Part shown: positions 29,101 through 35,987 of the stretch, one piece after another
Layout: each line of letters starts with the position of its first letter
Numbering within the stretch: the first letter of the stretch is position 1
NCBI GenBank assembly: GCA_041629915.1
Contig: JBFKMJ010000001.1
Coordinates: 1 to 55,907, forward strand
DNA length: 55,907 nt
Reading direction: 5' to 3'
Origin: Gallionella sp.
GTDB lineage: Bacteria; Pseudomonadota; Gammaproteobacteria; Burkholderiales; Gallionellaceae
The notes under the pieces: model-generated
Told to the model about the DNA's origin: nothing
Databases searched by the model: none
What the model saw: only the letters and a program-made list of their open reading frames with translations
Translations under genes and position numbers: made by a program

Positions 29101-29398
29101 CTCCGATTGCGCCAAGTCCGGCAGCAGCGCCATACATCAGTTGCGGTATTTGCTTCGCGGCCGTCTTGACGCCGCGCAGGACATCACTGTTTTCTGGCGG
29201 CGGCTCTGCAACCTCCGGCGCCGGACGCAATGAGTCGGCATAACCGTTGAACTGATCGAATGCCGCAAGGCGATCGTTGGCCGGCACATGCGGCAGCACG
29301 ACATCGTTGAAGTACGCGAACCGCGCCTCAATCTGGTCGGATGGCGACAACGCCTGAAATTCAGGCTTGGCGACTACTTTATCCCACGATAATGGCAT
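17108..29398 (-). CDS. 4,096-aa large polyvalent internal virion / ejection protein
   Basis: Last gene of the virion operon. Recalled domain signatures: DdrB-like ParB, LPD1-type HEWWH zincin, HELLH and HEVAGH zincins, ART-like HGSP...YGHGLYF, two MuF-C-like domains, LPD38-like C-terminus. Confidence 0.85.
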   Translation of the reverse strand: MPLSWDKVVAKPEFQALSPSDQIEARFAYFNDVVLPHVPANDRLAAFDQFNGYADSLRPAPEVAEPPPENSDVLRGVKTAAKQIPQLMYGAAAGLGAIGESAFGEGGMASDLKAYGVKKYQEIGADIAKDSKLTDSLTYSWERATKEGDYGAMADWLQYGIGYGGVQALEALASAGIGSMVGKATLKGTVQHLASKMVAKEAARIVGTKEGAALAADQVSKMAVVNVAGKIGQIAGVGVQAFGMEAGEIGGGLAEQSVERGTPLTGAEIAKGLGAVGAAGLLEFAGDKLGVDIMLGKTKLFRPAGAMTGLSGKATRTGLAATAAIPAEAGTEYLQTGWEEYGQGKEANILPFNQSAEAQRHAIDAAGLGGVGGGGMAVVGGVLSKPQEQPAAPTQNLDTTIRSAPPSADPGVDASIDEILNSADTLLNETTQGAPDVSPTAAAATTGLDTVVPQGRDIEPVGSAADAVLRHDPATLRREGAELPGAHGRAVVPGAVAPVVAGTGETIGEQHAIPVGSAAEMGAHQVGTESPGRQAEGQGVGQVQQGVEIAGAQEGVNQPENAIAKALQNRNRDSKASVLQMQAIAAKPNPRLLMASPTMENGAPVVTDLENKGIARHVGNEDVVVTGKREIPFRYAVVEADQLAASNFADGSRNPEYATNTDKLTAITNGRTAGVMEAFNNGTAQQYKDAIAGAESVHGISADAIQGMDKPVLVRLISPEHITETIGDESNTTGTLGLSAVEQARNDANRIDIAALTFNDNGTPTTEAMRGFIQAMPESERQNLAPNGIPTKQAVDRVLGASLYQAYGSEELVELAVQSTEPEARTVIAALSNAAPAMMKLEGAGDLDIRPLIIEAAKAVVNAGRQGVSVTKLASQRDIVHSDGVQIVLDMFARNVRSARRITETLNDAANIAATGAAHKAAGDMFGGESVTRQDVLRRFGDDTTGTQNLGQPGGRGAAQAHVQPRTADQTGRAGHGAAQEVRAANERVSEQTEVTDPSWWDSLTADQRKEAISNAGLKLKVAGWTFISKHNRAAILAAREPLLTSYTNSDIAKREQAAQDTTAEDQAAVDRAVEYSRNQPLSLSAQTQERTEGKTSQAGMFTPDGRATAAAEQTGKAKADADMQAAQEQQATAILDRANVTGKDRLDIMRDFKDGKHSLEDLEKAYPDAGTPPVERGSVGAALTKEQKKSVLKTLVDVYKTKGAEKESKGLDRNGNERMGYAYQPELFEKSDITGAMVRYHVTLPDGRIAHPTELFPEYTQSDIDAEMSRRQNAERNARLDVQRDYARPDVQFDDKATAAKYWDEKSEASKAGSVGGWPTIHPSSERSYLTNGEKFIMVPIGTMKNGDMVEALAAEGWKPPQEPKAEQPSSAAAAPVSEVKRAAEAEAAIEQADAIEPVQSEIAILPVTSVNELQGRGQEAKIGDFGRKVSVRKDESKPTGSRMTKEADDRPAWARPYMVMQVEETAGYLDKPNIGKWQVMKKSAQMKGAVALVSRQFFATEQEALDSIPLVEVARNHKVYSYDAPGTQDAALKSITDKTKQWGIYRLLAEGKKRALVKGGFATYEDAMQHVASKPVEIIEHKFEFPERPWLDKIERTGADRRNGKPVTKQMFIDTFAPGGVVYGNWLLNADETVNDDGQELSNHAYDGLMDLADTLGIPPKALFLNGDMVLGLGADGKGGKTSAAAHYAPDKGLINLTKINGAGSLSHEWWHSVDHYFAKGSGYSGSSMVANNAQYNSKSPMRAELAEAIKHVIKTINYAEKSRTTDANLVRQNAQKRLDDAVKSLDYKLNDLRRTLTAPWKEGKKPATEAQLKQWDALADKLRNGDQGEQIHIDNPSKMRFAMGFNIGTHIRDMNAIYKAVGGSSFLRQDPQSAGRQLIWPVEAIKESKIKLDAKDDETVTYQGRTDFFLEAKEIDGYRASNYWSTPEEMGARAFESYIFDKLTSGKQQSDYLVYGVENRYYAALGMKPYPEGGEREAINAAFDKLFKTVQTKETDKGVAIFNTQPGDAIPESEWLSVGLLEEETSKLLEPFATEIPVLIRDTARDAGIESADDGVTSGAVYNGRIHLFRDGLTDRAAVVRTLWHELLHFGFRRFMTEEQYIAKMGELYMKDGWVRNRANAWMQTAEAKKLAETKKHGYVRARAVDEALADLAEIMQTEPTGYQNNTKLAQAKRTISEWIAKLADFFGFKEAAQAWREYAAQKDARDLIVSTFAKLREGAPPSMLNAKWHYSDPAFMDAWHGSPHDHNKFDMEYVGAGEGNQAYGHGLYFAGSKDVAEWYKTKLSSGSDISTLRATKNGKELAGTDLLNEYFKPGRQVKGYSGTDEVVSFSPQQYGDNYKAWHVTVKTVIDQFGNTPKSWDAKPRTHATSPDAKLVKDVLEADGWAVSKGRLYQVELAPDENEYLLWDKPLSEQSEKVKAALGSAGVDVSEQPDEIKINGKYQKNQVKFGKDLYADISEERDWIDAEASKYLHSIGIRGIKYLDGSSRSKGDGNYNYVIFDDKDVSITAKHSKAQVSSALKPNRSEAESFRASLDSAMSSLKSVVSPITVGSTPAVLQELGASNLPVQVSRDVVRKATNGVRHHVSMDAIRALPEELANPVMVFKSASEENSLVVLTEMMDENGAPVIAAVHLSAKEGRQTVNRIGSIYGKEEIGAIESWINKGYLLYQNQEKSLDWVRRSGLQLPKGGSLSQGSGATVKTEQDIVNGLHSFAGASNATPQTIESVRQATAKLRASWHGFKQVRIVQSVKEIPSELYLRALRAAKPIAQDSEGIYDPKTRTVYLIADNLASPERAVWVAIHEVAGHGGIRMLGSPVVDALNFAAKNGFVAKLAQAIAADRGETFDTRTHTDEAIAELAAATITGNVDAIMERYGVKVPMGMRSNLLGMIKRVVDAVRNFIGRVTGKPVEEVSDGEVLGLIRRMKDAVEGAEQGYDTAGVSNGVMASRAHEWKAIDVISARFKESVNKFLSGDIPADGNILLADNTPASLQLFGWKDSPLAIKAKVIDKLVYDHAVTASMFGQMADMMRRPAMMFSDTKNDSIVIIGELREGRPTLIALRPEVSGSRERTLIVTAYEPNTKWEEVTKRLSRGELIYRDTTKKIPDVVRIALNVAQKKYSRGSETPLSTRGASTGGESAAGSSYKVLYQSDLVKLEQEMWGDTPLFSSAPKQQPIPGTAQPPAQPPRQGNITLQGGQPGNRASWDSPEPSMFDDLVYKLQDKNIDLKRVLQAIRETGAQVAEQWNAYLQEELFHGRAAKRVQDFVNTELKPMMIEMAQRGMKQEELDAYLHARHAKEANALIASRDPNMPDGGSGMTNQEADDYFANLQGTKRNQLEATARRVDAILAKTREYYASYGLVSRDQVDGWAQMFKHYVPLMREDHDGGMGVGQGFSIKGKEVKHRTGSSAKVVDILANIAMQREKAIVRGEKNRVAVALAGLAKLNPNPDFWSFDKPPTERVLNEKTGLVEERIDPTFRSKPNVVVAKIKDSNGQIHERAVIFNEHDERAVRMAESMKNLDATQLGGLLGVSAKITRYFSAINTQYNPIFGVTNLVRDVQAAALNLTSTPLAGKQKVVLGHVLSAAKGIYLDARAERKGAPATSKWAGLWEELQDSGGMTGYRDLYRNSEDRAKAIEHELDPHNWVNSKWGKVFTAGGMLKVPLTTAQDMASPLFDWLSDYNLMMEGSTRLAIYKTAIDHGMTKQAAASLAKNTTVNFNRKGQSGQQAGALYAFFNAAMQGTARIGENVFDMKGGDIKTLRLSKVGQKIVAGGVLLGVMQALALAAAGFDDEPPEFIRERNLIFPIGWAMGGKRYISIPMPLGFHAIPNVGRIATEYALGGFKKPADHVFRLMGVFAEAFNPMGSSGISMQTVLPTAFDPFAALEANKDWTGKTIYKEDFSSLDPTPGFTRNKDTASAWSKFMAEGINYATGGTDYTPGTFSPTADQIDYLIGQVTGGVGRETSKLAQTGQAIYTGEDLPTHKMPLVGRFYGNLENQSSQGAKYYANLKEINMIEMELKGRREDHLPTDEFRKENPKTKLIMRARYADKIIAKLRKQKRELIEKDAPREKIRSVEDRITAEMLRFNTAVDNFEARTP

Positions 29399-29399
29399 G

Positions 29400-30452
29400 T
29401 TACTTTCCTTTGCCTAAAGCATTTTTGCGCTCCTCAACTAATGCGCGCAACCTTGGGTTGTACTGCAACTGGTCTTTCAGCGGCATTGGCTTATTGTTCT
29501 TACCGGGATGTTTTTTCATTTCATCTTCAATATCACGATCTATCTGTTCGATACTTCTGGCTGGTGCCGCCGCGGCGGGCGTTGCAGTTGCAGAACCAGG
29601 CGTCACGGCAGCACCTTCACCTTTGCCGGGTTGCTTATCGCTCCACAATGAACTATCCCACCCGGCGGCACTCCCTGCCGCTTTCCCGGAAGACCCTCTG
29701 GGTGAGCTGCTGGCGACCAGTTCGGCGCGCTTGCTCTTGATGCTGTAGTTTGCCAATGCTGCTGCCTTTTCTTCCGGTGTTGCATCCATTCTTGCGTTGA
29801 TTGCCGTCAGTTCCTTATGGGCAAATTCGGCCTGCTGTGCGGCATCCTTGTATTGCATTTCCCATTCCTTCATTTGGGCTTGCAGCTCCGCCTTGTCGGA
29901 TGCGCGTTCCTGCGAGTTGATCTGCCGCTCCAGTATCTTCATGTTCTTCTCAAAGTTCTGCTGGTTGCGCGTGGACTCAACCTCAAAGCGCTTTTCATCC
30001 GCCTTGAACTGGCGTTCCACGTTCAACAGTCCCAGCGTGTCTTTTGCACTCTCGCCCACGTTCATCTCGGCCTGCGCCCTCGTGCGCAGCCGGTCGATGT
30101 CGGTAGGCTCTTGCAGCCCGTAAGCCCTGCGCGCGGCGGCGTTTTCCATCAGGCCGGAACCCAGCACGTCTTCTGATGTGACATTCGAGCCGAGCGACTG
30201 GTTGATCTGGCCAGCAGCCTGTCCGGCCTGTAGCCGCTGCTCTTCGCCGCGGATGTTCTCGTCGATGCGCTTTTTCGCCTCGGCGTCCATTTCCTTTTCC
30301 CAGATATAAAGCTGCTTCTTCATGTCCATTTCCCTGGCGGCCAGGCGTTCCATGCTGGCTTCCTTGTTGGCCAGTGTCATGCGCTCCTTGGCATCATCGC
30401 CTGCGGCCATGCCGGCGCCGATCAGACCCGACATCAGTGCTGAATAAGCCAT
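29400..30452 (-). CDS. Putative internal virion / DNA ejection protein
   Basis: Helical Ala/Gln/Glu-rich sequence; position before the giant protein. Confidence 0.6.
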   Translation of the reverse strand: MAYSALMSGLIGAGMAAGDDAKERMTLANKEASMERLAAREMDMKKQLYIWEKEMDAEAKKRIDENIRGEEQRLQAGQAAGQINQSLGSNVTSEDVLGSGLMENAAARRAYGLQEPTDIDRLRTRAQAEMNVGESAKDTLGLLNVERQFKADEKRFEVESTRNQQNFEKNMKILERQINSQERASDKAELQAQMKEWEMQYKDAAQQAEFAHKELTAINARMDATPEEKAAALANYSIKSKRAELVASSSPRGSSGKAAGSAAGWDSSLWSDKQPGKGEGAAVTPGSATATPAAAAPARSIEQIDRDIEDEMKKHPGKNNKPMPLKDQLQYNPRLRALVEERKNALGKGK

Positions 30453-30453
30453 A

Positions 30454-31161
30454 TTAAATACTCCTCATTATTTTTTCATGCCGTTTATTATGCGATGCTG
30501 ACATCTTTGCACGCGCCTCAGCAGAGGCTTTTCTGCCAGTAGCTGCGATTGATATTTTTCTTTTGGCTTCATCAGTATGCTTTCTTCCAAGCCATGTTTC
30601 TCGAATTCGCTCTCTGCATAATGTTGAAATAATACGTCCTTTTAATGCGGCTGATATTTTTGCTTTTGTTTCTTCAGATGCTTTGCGGCCTTTTGCGGCA
30701 GCAGATATTTTTGCCCTCGCTTCTTCTGTCATTGGTGCGCGCGGCTTTGTAATTTTTATTATTTGTTTTGGAAATTTATTCATATCCCTGGTTGGCAATT
30801 TATTTTTATCTAACCATTGCAATTTTGCCGCAGCAGAAAGTTTCTTTCTTGTTTCTGCGGAACAAGCCAACCCGGCAACGCCATCGCCACCATTTGTCAT
30901 ATTGACTAATTTCCACCCGTCGCGACGCAATTGATCTATCCATCTAATTTCTGTTTCAAATGCGTGCCGTTCTGATTCACGCGGGAAAACGTATATTTCG
31001 ATATTTTCTTTTCCATATTTCGCTACGATATTTTTATGATATTGGCTTCTGCTTTTTACAAATTCATGGCTTCGTTTATGGCTTCCATCACATCCCTTGC
31101 CAACATAAAACGGCGCTCCACCTGGCTTGCAATGCAAGTAGGTATAAAACCTTGCCATCAC
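30454..31161 (-). CDS. Free-standing GIY-YIG homing endonuclease with NUMOD3 repeats
   Basis: FYTYLH...PFYVGKG, E...I, LVNMT.GGDG, repeated SEETKAKIS; AT-rich. Confidence 0.85.
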   Translation of the reverse strand: MMARFYTYLHCKPGGAPFYVGKGCDGSHKRSHEFVKSRSQYHKNIVAKYGKENIEIYVFPRESERHAFETEIRWIDQLRRDGWKLVNMTNGGDGVAGLACSAETRKKLSAAAKLQWLDKNKLPTRDMNKFPKQIIKITKPRAPMTEEARAKISAAAKGRKASEETKAKISAALKGRIISTLCRERIRETWLGRKHTDEAKRKISIAATGRKASAEARAKMSASHNKRHEKIMRSI

Positions 31162-31715
31162 ACACCTCCCTGGTTAATAAGCCCTTGCGCTTGTTGAGCT
31201 TGCGGCTGTTGCTGCTGTGTCTGCTGTCCCTGCGCCACGGTCGCCTTGCCCTGCTCGACCAGATCGCCATTGAATTGCGGGTTGAACGTCCTGTTGATGA
31301 CCGCGTTCATCATCTGCAACGACTCGCCGAAGTCATCGTCCGTCACCGGCTCCATGCCGGTCTTGTCCACGAACTCGTACAGCTTGGCCAGCAGCACAAG
31401 TCCGGCGGGCAACAGCGCGCCCAGCGGAATACTGCCCTTACTTTCGTTGTACAGCACGACCAGCACATGCCCGACACCGATGCCGAGCTTGTCGGAAATG
31501 TCCATGCCGTCCTGCCGCTTGATGCCCTGCACCACCTTATCGTTCATTTCCTTGGTGAACAGCATCTTCATGCCTGCATAGATCACGCGCCCGATGACGC
31601 CCTGCTCCTGCTCGCCCAGGTTCTCAAACAGCGCCTGCTTCGCCTTGTCGGCGGTAACGGTCAGCCCTCCGGTTTTTGCTTCCGGCTGTGCTTCCGGCTT
31701 GTTCATGTCTTCCAT
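31158..31715 (-). CDS. Hypothetical virion-region protein
   Basis: ORF in the operon with a GAGGAG RBS. Confidence 0.7.
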   Translation of the reverse strand: MEDMNKPEAQPEAKTGGLTVTADKAKQALFENLGEQEQGVIGRVIYAGMKMLFTKEMNDKVVQGIKRQDGMDISDKLGIGVGHVLVVLYNESKGSIPLGALLPAGLVLLAKLYEFVDKTGMEPVTDDDFGESLQMMNAVINRTFNPQFNGDLVEQGKATVAQGQQTQQQQPQAQQAQGLINQGGV

Positions 31716-31726
31716 CGGTACGCTCC

Positions 31727-32506
31727 TCAGGTTCTTGTTGTCAACCGCCCGTAGCGGTAGCTGGGGTCTATCTGCTGCACGACGCGCGGCGTGGCCGGCG
31801 CGCTCACGCCCACCCGTCCCGGAATGGCAACCGCGGTGTTCTTCTGCCGTTCCAGCGCAAGGCGCTGGTCGAACTGGCTCTGGTCTTGCGCCAGCAAGTC
31901 GTTGAGCCGTTTGTTCTGGTTCATCATGTCCAGTGCGCCGCTTCCCATGTTGAGCAGCTTGTCGTACTTCTCGATCTTGGCGGTCATGCTGTCTATCGCG
32001 CTGGGACTGTTCACGGCGGCGGACTGTTTTGCCAGCACGTCGGTGATCCTGCCGGCGTTCGTTGGCGCGGTGGATACCTTGCCGATGTCACCCGCCATGA
32101 CCGGCGTATTGCCCGGCATACTGCTCATGCCACCCGATCCACCGGATGTTCCACCCGATCCGCTGGTGCTGGATGTGCCCATGCCGGCATCGAACGAACT
32201 GCCGATGAAGCCGCCAGCGTTAATCAGTCCGCCGACGTTGGACAGCCTGTTGTTGCCGGTCAAAACACCGATGCCCTGCATTGCGCCGCCGACCAGGTTC
32301 GCACCGGCGGACAATGTCGCAAGGTTTGCGCCCAACCCGCCGGCAGCGGATAGTCCGCCCAAGGCGGTAAGGCCCGATGCGATGCCGCCGCCTGCCATCA
32401 TCAGCCCGCCGATGGGTTTGGCTTCCTTGATGCCGAGCACCGACCCGACGGCCATTGTCGCCGCGCCGGCTATTGCAATGGTTGCCGCAGAAAATCCGAA
32501 AGCCAT
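31727..32506 (-). CDS. Putative ejection protein with Gly/Ala-rich hydrophobic N-terminus
   Basis: Composition and position. Confidence 0.6.
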   Translation of the reverse strand: MAFGFSAATIAIAGAATMAVGSVLGIKEAKPIGGLMMAGGGIASGLTALGGLSAAGGLGANLATLSAGANLVGGAMQGIGVLTGNNRLSNVGGLINAGGFIGSSFDAGMGTSSTSGSGGTSGGSGGMSSMPGNTPVMAGDIGKVSTAPTNAGRITDVLAKQSAAVNSPSAIDSMTAKIEKYDKLLNMGSGALDMMNQNKRLNDLLAQDQSQFDQRLALERQKNTAVAIPGRVGVSAPATPRVVQQIDPSYRYGRLTTRT

Positions 32507-32508
32507 GA

Positions 32509-33015
32509 CTACTCTCCTTCCTTGAATACGCACTTTGCCGCCGCCCTTTCCGGGCAGGTCTCATCCGTGCGATGAATGTTGATGAATACCGTATCGCTGT
32601 GCGCATAGCCGGCGCGCTTTATCATGCCGTCCGACTGAAACGTGCACGGCTCGCTGTACCGCGCCAGCCCGTCTTTCGACAGGATGGTGATGTCGCCCTT
32701 GAGCATGATGCAAAGGTGCGCATCGAGATGCACCTCGCCGGTCAGCGCGGTGCCCGCCGGGATGAACAATTCGCGGTAGTACAGCCCGTTGACGATGTAA
32801 TGCTTCACCGGCATGTCCACTTGCGGCAGGGTCAGCAAAAACCTTTCCAGCCGCATGATCTTGTCCCCGATCGGCTCGACATGGCAGTTCTCATACTGCG
32901 CCATCAGCTCGTCCAGCGTGTCCGCCGGCTCAAACGCCTCTTCCAGCGCAGGCGCTGCCATCAGGTCAATGAGCCACTGGTTGCGCTCAAAGGTCTTGGG
33001 TAGCGTGTTAAACAC
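32509..33015 (-). CDS. Cupin-like protein
   Basis: H.IVNGLY.RELFIPAG..LTG.VH...H...KR.GYAH.DTV. Confidence 0.6.
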   Translation of the reverse strand: MFNTLPKTFERNQWLIDLMAAPALEEAFEPADTLDELMAQYENCHVEPIGDKIMRLERFLLTLPQVDMPVKHYIVNGLYYRELFIPAGTALTGEVHLDAHLCIMLKGDITILSKDGLARYSEPCTFQSDGMIKRAGYAHSDTVFINIHRTDETCPERAAAKCVFKEGE

Positions 33016-34924
33016 TGAAGTCCAGCACTTCGCTCAGGTTCAGGTTGGCGACCGCGCCATTCAACGACAACCCGGCCTTGAGCATCTCGACCTGCTGGTC
33101 AATGGCCGCGCGCTTGGCATCCGCATCCATCGTGGTGCTCTGCTGGATGTTGTTAAGTGCCGCCATGGTTTGTGTGAACAGCGCGCTGGAACTGGCATTG
33201 GCCTGCATCTGGTTCTGGTAGGTGGCCTGAATGTTGGCCAGTTCTATCCTGTTGGCATGATCCAGTTGCAGGCTGGCGATCTGGTTCTGCTGCGCCGCGT
33301 TGAACTTGGCCAGGTCGCCCGACAGCCGCGCCTGCTCGGTCGCCATGGCGTTGGACTGCTGCGCGTTGAAGGTGTTGGCCTGGTTCTGCGCCTCGGCGTT
33401 GAACAGGTTGGACTGCTGCGTGTTGGCGGTGTTGAAACGGTTGGTGGTATTCGCCTCGCCCGCATTGAACAGGTTGGTCTGTTGCTGGTTGGCGGTGTTG
33501 AAACGGTTGGTGGTATTCGCCTCGCCCGCATTGAACAGGTTGGTCTGTTGCTGGTTGGCGGTGTTGAACCTGTTGGTCGTGTTGCCCTCGCCAGCGTTGA
33601 ACAGGTTGGTTTGCTGTTGGTTCGCAGTATTGAAGCGGTTGGTGGTATTCGCCTCGCCCGCATTGGTCAGGGCAAACTGGTTGCTGAACCCTGCGTCCGT
33701 CTGCGCGATAGGTAGGGCATAGTCCATGATGGCGTTCTGCGCCGAACCGATCGCCATGCCGGAATTGAGCAGGCCGCGACTGTTTGCCATGTCAAGCCCG
33801 CGTTGCGCGGCGCGCTGCATCAACGGCGAATTGGCGTTGATGATGCCGCCGAGCTGTCCCTGCACCGTGCCCTTGGTCGGGTCCTGCACCGCATTAACCA
33901 CCTCTGCTGGCGGCGTGACCGCAGCATTAACCACCTCTGCTGGCGGCGTGACCGCAGCATTAACCACCTCTGCTGGCGGCGTGACCGCAGCATTGACCAC
34001 CTCTGCTGGCGGCGTGACCGCAGCAGGCACGGCGGTGGTTTCCCTGGTTTCCGGCAACAGGATATTATCGGTTTGCGCCACAGTCACGTTGCCGCCGGTG
34101 TCGCCGGTGGCGTTGACCGTGGTCTTAATGGGCTGTGTGGATGGAGTGCCCACCCATTTATTGGCAACCGGGTCGTAGGTCACCTGACTGTTATTGACGC
34201 CGCTTGCGAGCAGGTCGTTGCCCCAGGTTGTCGTCGTGTCTAGCGAGTCGGCGGTAATGTCGTTCATCGCATTGACGTCCTGCTTGCTGGCGGCGCTCCT
34301 GATCGCCGTTGCGAGGTCAAGGCCGGGATTGGTGTTGGCCACATTAGTCCAGTAGTCAATGCCTTCCTGAGCGGCAGGCCGCCCAAAGGTGGTCTGAAAA
34401 ATACTGTTGACGTCGTTCGCTGTATATACCCTGGGCGCGGTGGTAGTGGTATTGGCTGCGTTGCCAGCAGCGGCATCTGCCGCCATGAACCCTTGCTTGT
34501 GCAGGTCAGAGAAGTTCCCAAGCTGCGCAGCCGGAATTCCGGCGCCAATCAGACCGGTGCGCTCTCTTGCCTCGGCGGAGCCGCTCACGGCGGCGCGCAT
34601 CTGGTCGGCGGTGATGTTTGCGCCGCCCCAATGACCCAGCGCACCTGCGCCGGCAGCCCGGCCAAGATACTGCTGGAAGGCTGCATTGATCTCTTCCTGC
34701 GTGGCGAATTCCTCGACCCCGGTATTCGGGTTGATCCTGCCTTTGCCGACGACTGTTTGCGCCGGGTTGCCGCCCATCTGCCGGATGGTGTCCACGATAT
34801 GCGCCACGATGTCAGGGCGCACCGCTGCCACCTCTCTGGGCAGCACCATCTCGCCGGGCGTGACGTGGGCAATGCGGGTATCGCCACCCCTGCCTTGATC
34901 TGCCATTGTGTTCAAAAGTCCCAT
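33008..34924 (-). CDS. Repeat-containing internal virion / pilot protein
   Basis: N-terminal GRGGDT.IAH...INPNTG.EEF; tandem 11-aa and 22-aa repeats; Asn/Gln/Ala-rich C-terminus. Confidence 0.7.
   Translation of the reverse strand: MGLLNTMADQGRGGDTRIAHVTPGEMVLPREVAAVRPDIVAHIVDTIRQMGGNPAQTVVGKGRINPNTGVEEFATQEEINAAFQQYLGRAAGAGALGHWGGANITADQMRAAVSGSAEARERTGLIGAGIPAAQLGNFSDLHKQGFMAADAAAGNAANTTTTAPRVYTANDVNSIFQTTFGRPAAQEGIDYWTNVANTNPGLDLATAIRSAASKQDVNAMNDITADSLDTTTTWGNDLLASGVNNSQVTYDPVANKWVGTPSTQPIKTTVNATGDTGGNVTVAQTDNILLPETRETTAVPAAVTPPAEVVNAAVTPPAEVVNAAVTPPAEVVNAAVTPPAEVVNAVQDPTKGTVQGQLGGIINANSPLMQRAAQRGLDMANSRGLLNSGMAIGSAQNAIMDYALPIAQTDAGFSNQFALTNAGEANTTNRFNTANQQQTNLFNAGEGNTTNRFNTANQQQTNLFNAGEANTTNRFNTANQQQTNLFNAGEANTTNRFNTANTQQSNLFNAEAQNQANTFNAQQSNAMATEQARLSGDLAKFNAAQQNQIASLQLDHANRIELANIQATYQNQMQANASSSALFTQTMAALNNIQQSTTMDADAKRAAIDQQVEMLKAGLSLNGAVANLNLSEVLDFSV
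33396..33664. repeat. About four copies of a 66-bp in-frame tandem repeat
   Basis: Encodes NAGEANTTNRFNTANQQQTNLF; boundaries approximate. Confidence 0.9.
33891..34022. repeat. Four copies of a 33-bp in-frame tandem repeat
   Basis: GCATTAACCACCTCTGCTGGCGGCGTGACCGCA, encoding AVTPPAEVVNA. Confidence 0.95.
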
Positions 34925-34933
34925 TGCGCTCTC

Positions 34934-34962
34934 CAATAAAAAAGCCGCCCGAAGGCGGCTTG
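34934..34962 (-). terminator. Intrinsic terminator (identical 29-mer at 42829-42857)
   Basis: GCCGCC-TTCG-GGCGGC followed by a T-run on the minus strand. Confidence 0.85.
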
Positions 34963-35060
34963 TTGTTGCTTAAAACTTTTCCCGGAATTCACGGCTTTCC
35001 AAAAAGCCCTCGATGATCTGTGCGATACTTAACCCGCTTGCAGTCCATGCGGCTCTCCCT

Positions 35061-35498
35061 TTACTTTATAATTTTCAAAACTTCTTCAAAATCGGAAGGA
35101 CTCGGCACAAACCCGTCAAAAGGTGATGCCCACCCCTTCCACACTAAAATCTCGGCGACCTTCTCCGAACAGATAGCCCCCTTATAGCTGCCTTTGAATC
35201 TTGGGAACACCTTGCGGATGCCGAATGCAAGATAATCACACACTCCGTACCAGTCAGTGTCAGTGTCCAACCAATACTCCAGATCATCGCCGGACAGTGA
35301 CACAGGGCACTCGTACATTGTAACAACATCAGAAGGATAATGCGGCCACGCCCTGCGTCGGAACAACAGATTCATATCGTAAAACTTACCACGTTCAGTA
35401 TCCACAAAGCCTATATGATAGGCGGGGCTTCCGGCAAAGAATTTCGTGAGTCTGCCTGCCAGCTTACTTGGGTTGCTGATAATGGCGATCTGCATCAT
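35061..35498 (-). CDS. Permuted papain-like (NlpC/P60-related) protein
   Basis: His before Cys: AYHIGF ... AICSEKVA. Confidence 0.55.
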   Translation of the reverse strand: MMQIAIISNPSKLAGRLTKFFAGSPAYHIGFVDTERGKFYDMNLLFRRRAWPHYPSDVVTMYECPVSLSGDDLEYWLDTDTDWYGVCDYLAFGIRKVFPRFKGSYKGAICSEKVAEILVWKGWASPFDGFVPSPSDFEEVLKIIK

Positions 35499-35977
35499 GA
35501 CACGCCCAACTGCGTCCTGAGTGCTGCTATGAATGCAGCCCAAGATGCTTTAATGGTGTTCAACGCAGCCCCGTCAACAGCATTCCCCGCCAAGGCTTTT
35601 GCCAGCAGCCGTTCTGCCCTCAATGAAGCCTGCGCGGTGCGCCATGCTGTAGCTGTAGCAATAATTGTGTCACAAGCCACCTGAGCCGTTATACCCTTAG
35701 CTGTTGCCTCGGAACTCACGCTTACTGGAACATCGCCCGTGTATCCGGCAGCGGCGTAGGCTGCGGCTTCCTGTTCAGCCCTCAGATATTCAGTAGCGCG
35801 CCAGCCTATCGTGTCACGAATGATGTTATCTGCGTCCTGATCTACCTGCTTGATGAAGGCGGCTTTGGCGATTCCCGGTGCCGCTGCTAGTGCTTCTGCT
35901 TCTCTCGCATCCCATTCCAGTTCTTCTTCAGGAGTAAACGGAATATTTCCTTCTGATGTTGCGTGGTATCTTGTCAT
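35495..35977 (-). CDS. Tail fibre assembly/chaperone-like protein
   Basis: Directly after the tail fibre; EY..AEQEA..Y...G pattern. Confidence 0.6.
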   Translation of the reverse strand: MTRYHATSEGNIPFTPEEELEWDAREAEALAAAPGIAKAAFIKQVDQDADNIIRDTIGWRATEYLRAEQEAAAYAAAGYTGDVPVSVSSEATAKGITAQVACDTIIATATAWRTAQASLRAERLLAKALAGNAVDGAALNTIKASWAAFIAALRTQLGVS

Positions 35978-35987
35978 GTGAATCTCC

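Noticed and set aside
33396-34022. CRISPR array
   Set aside because: Head-to-tail in-frame coding repeats without spacers; no cas genes
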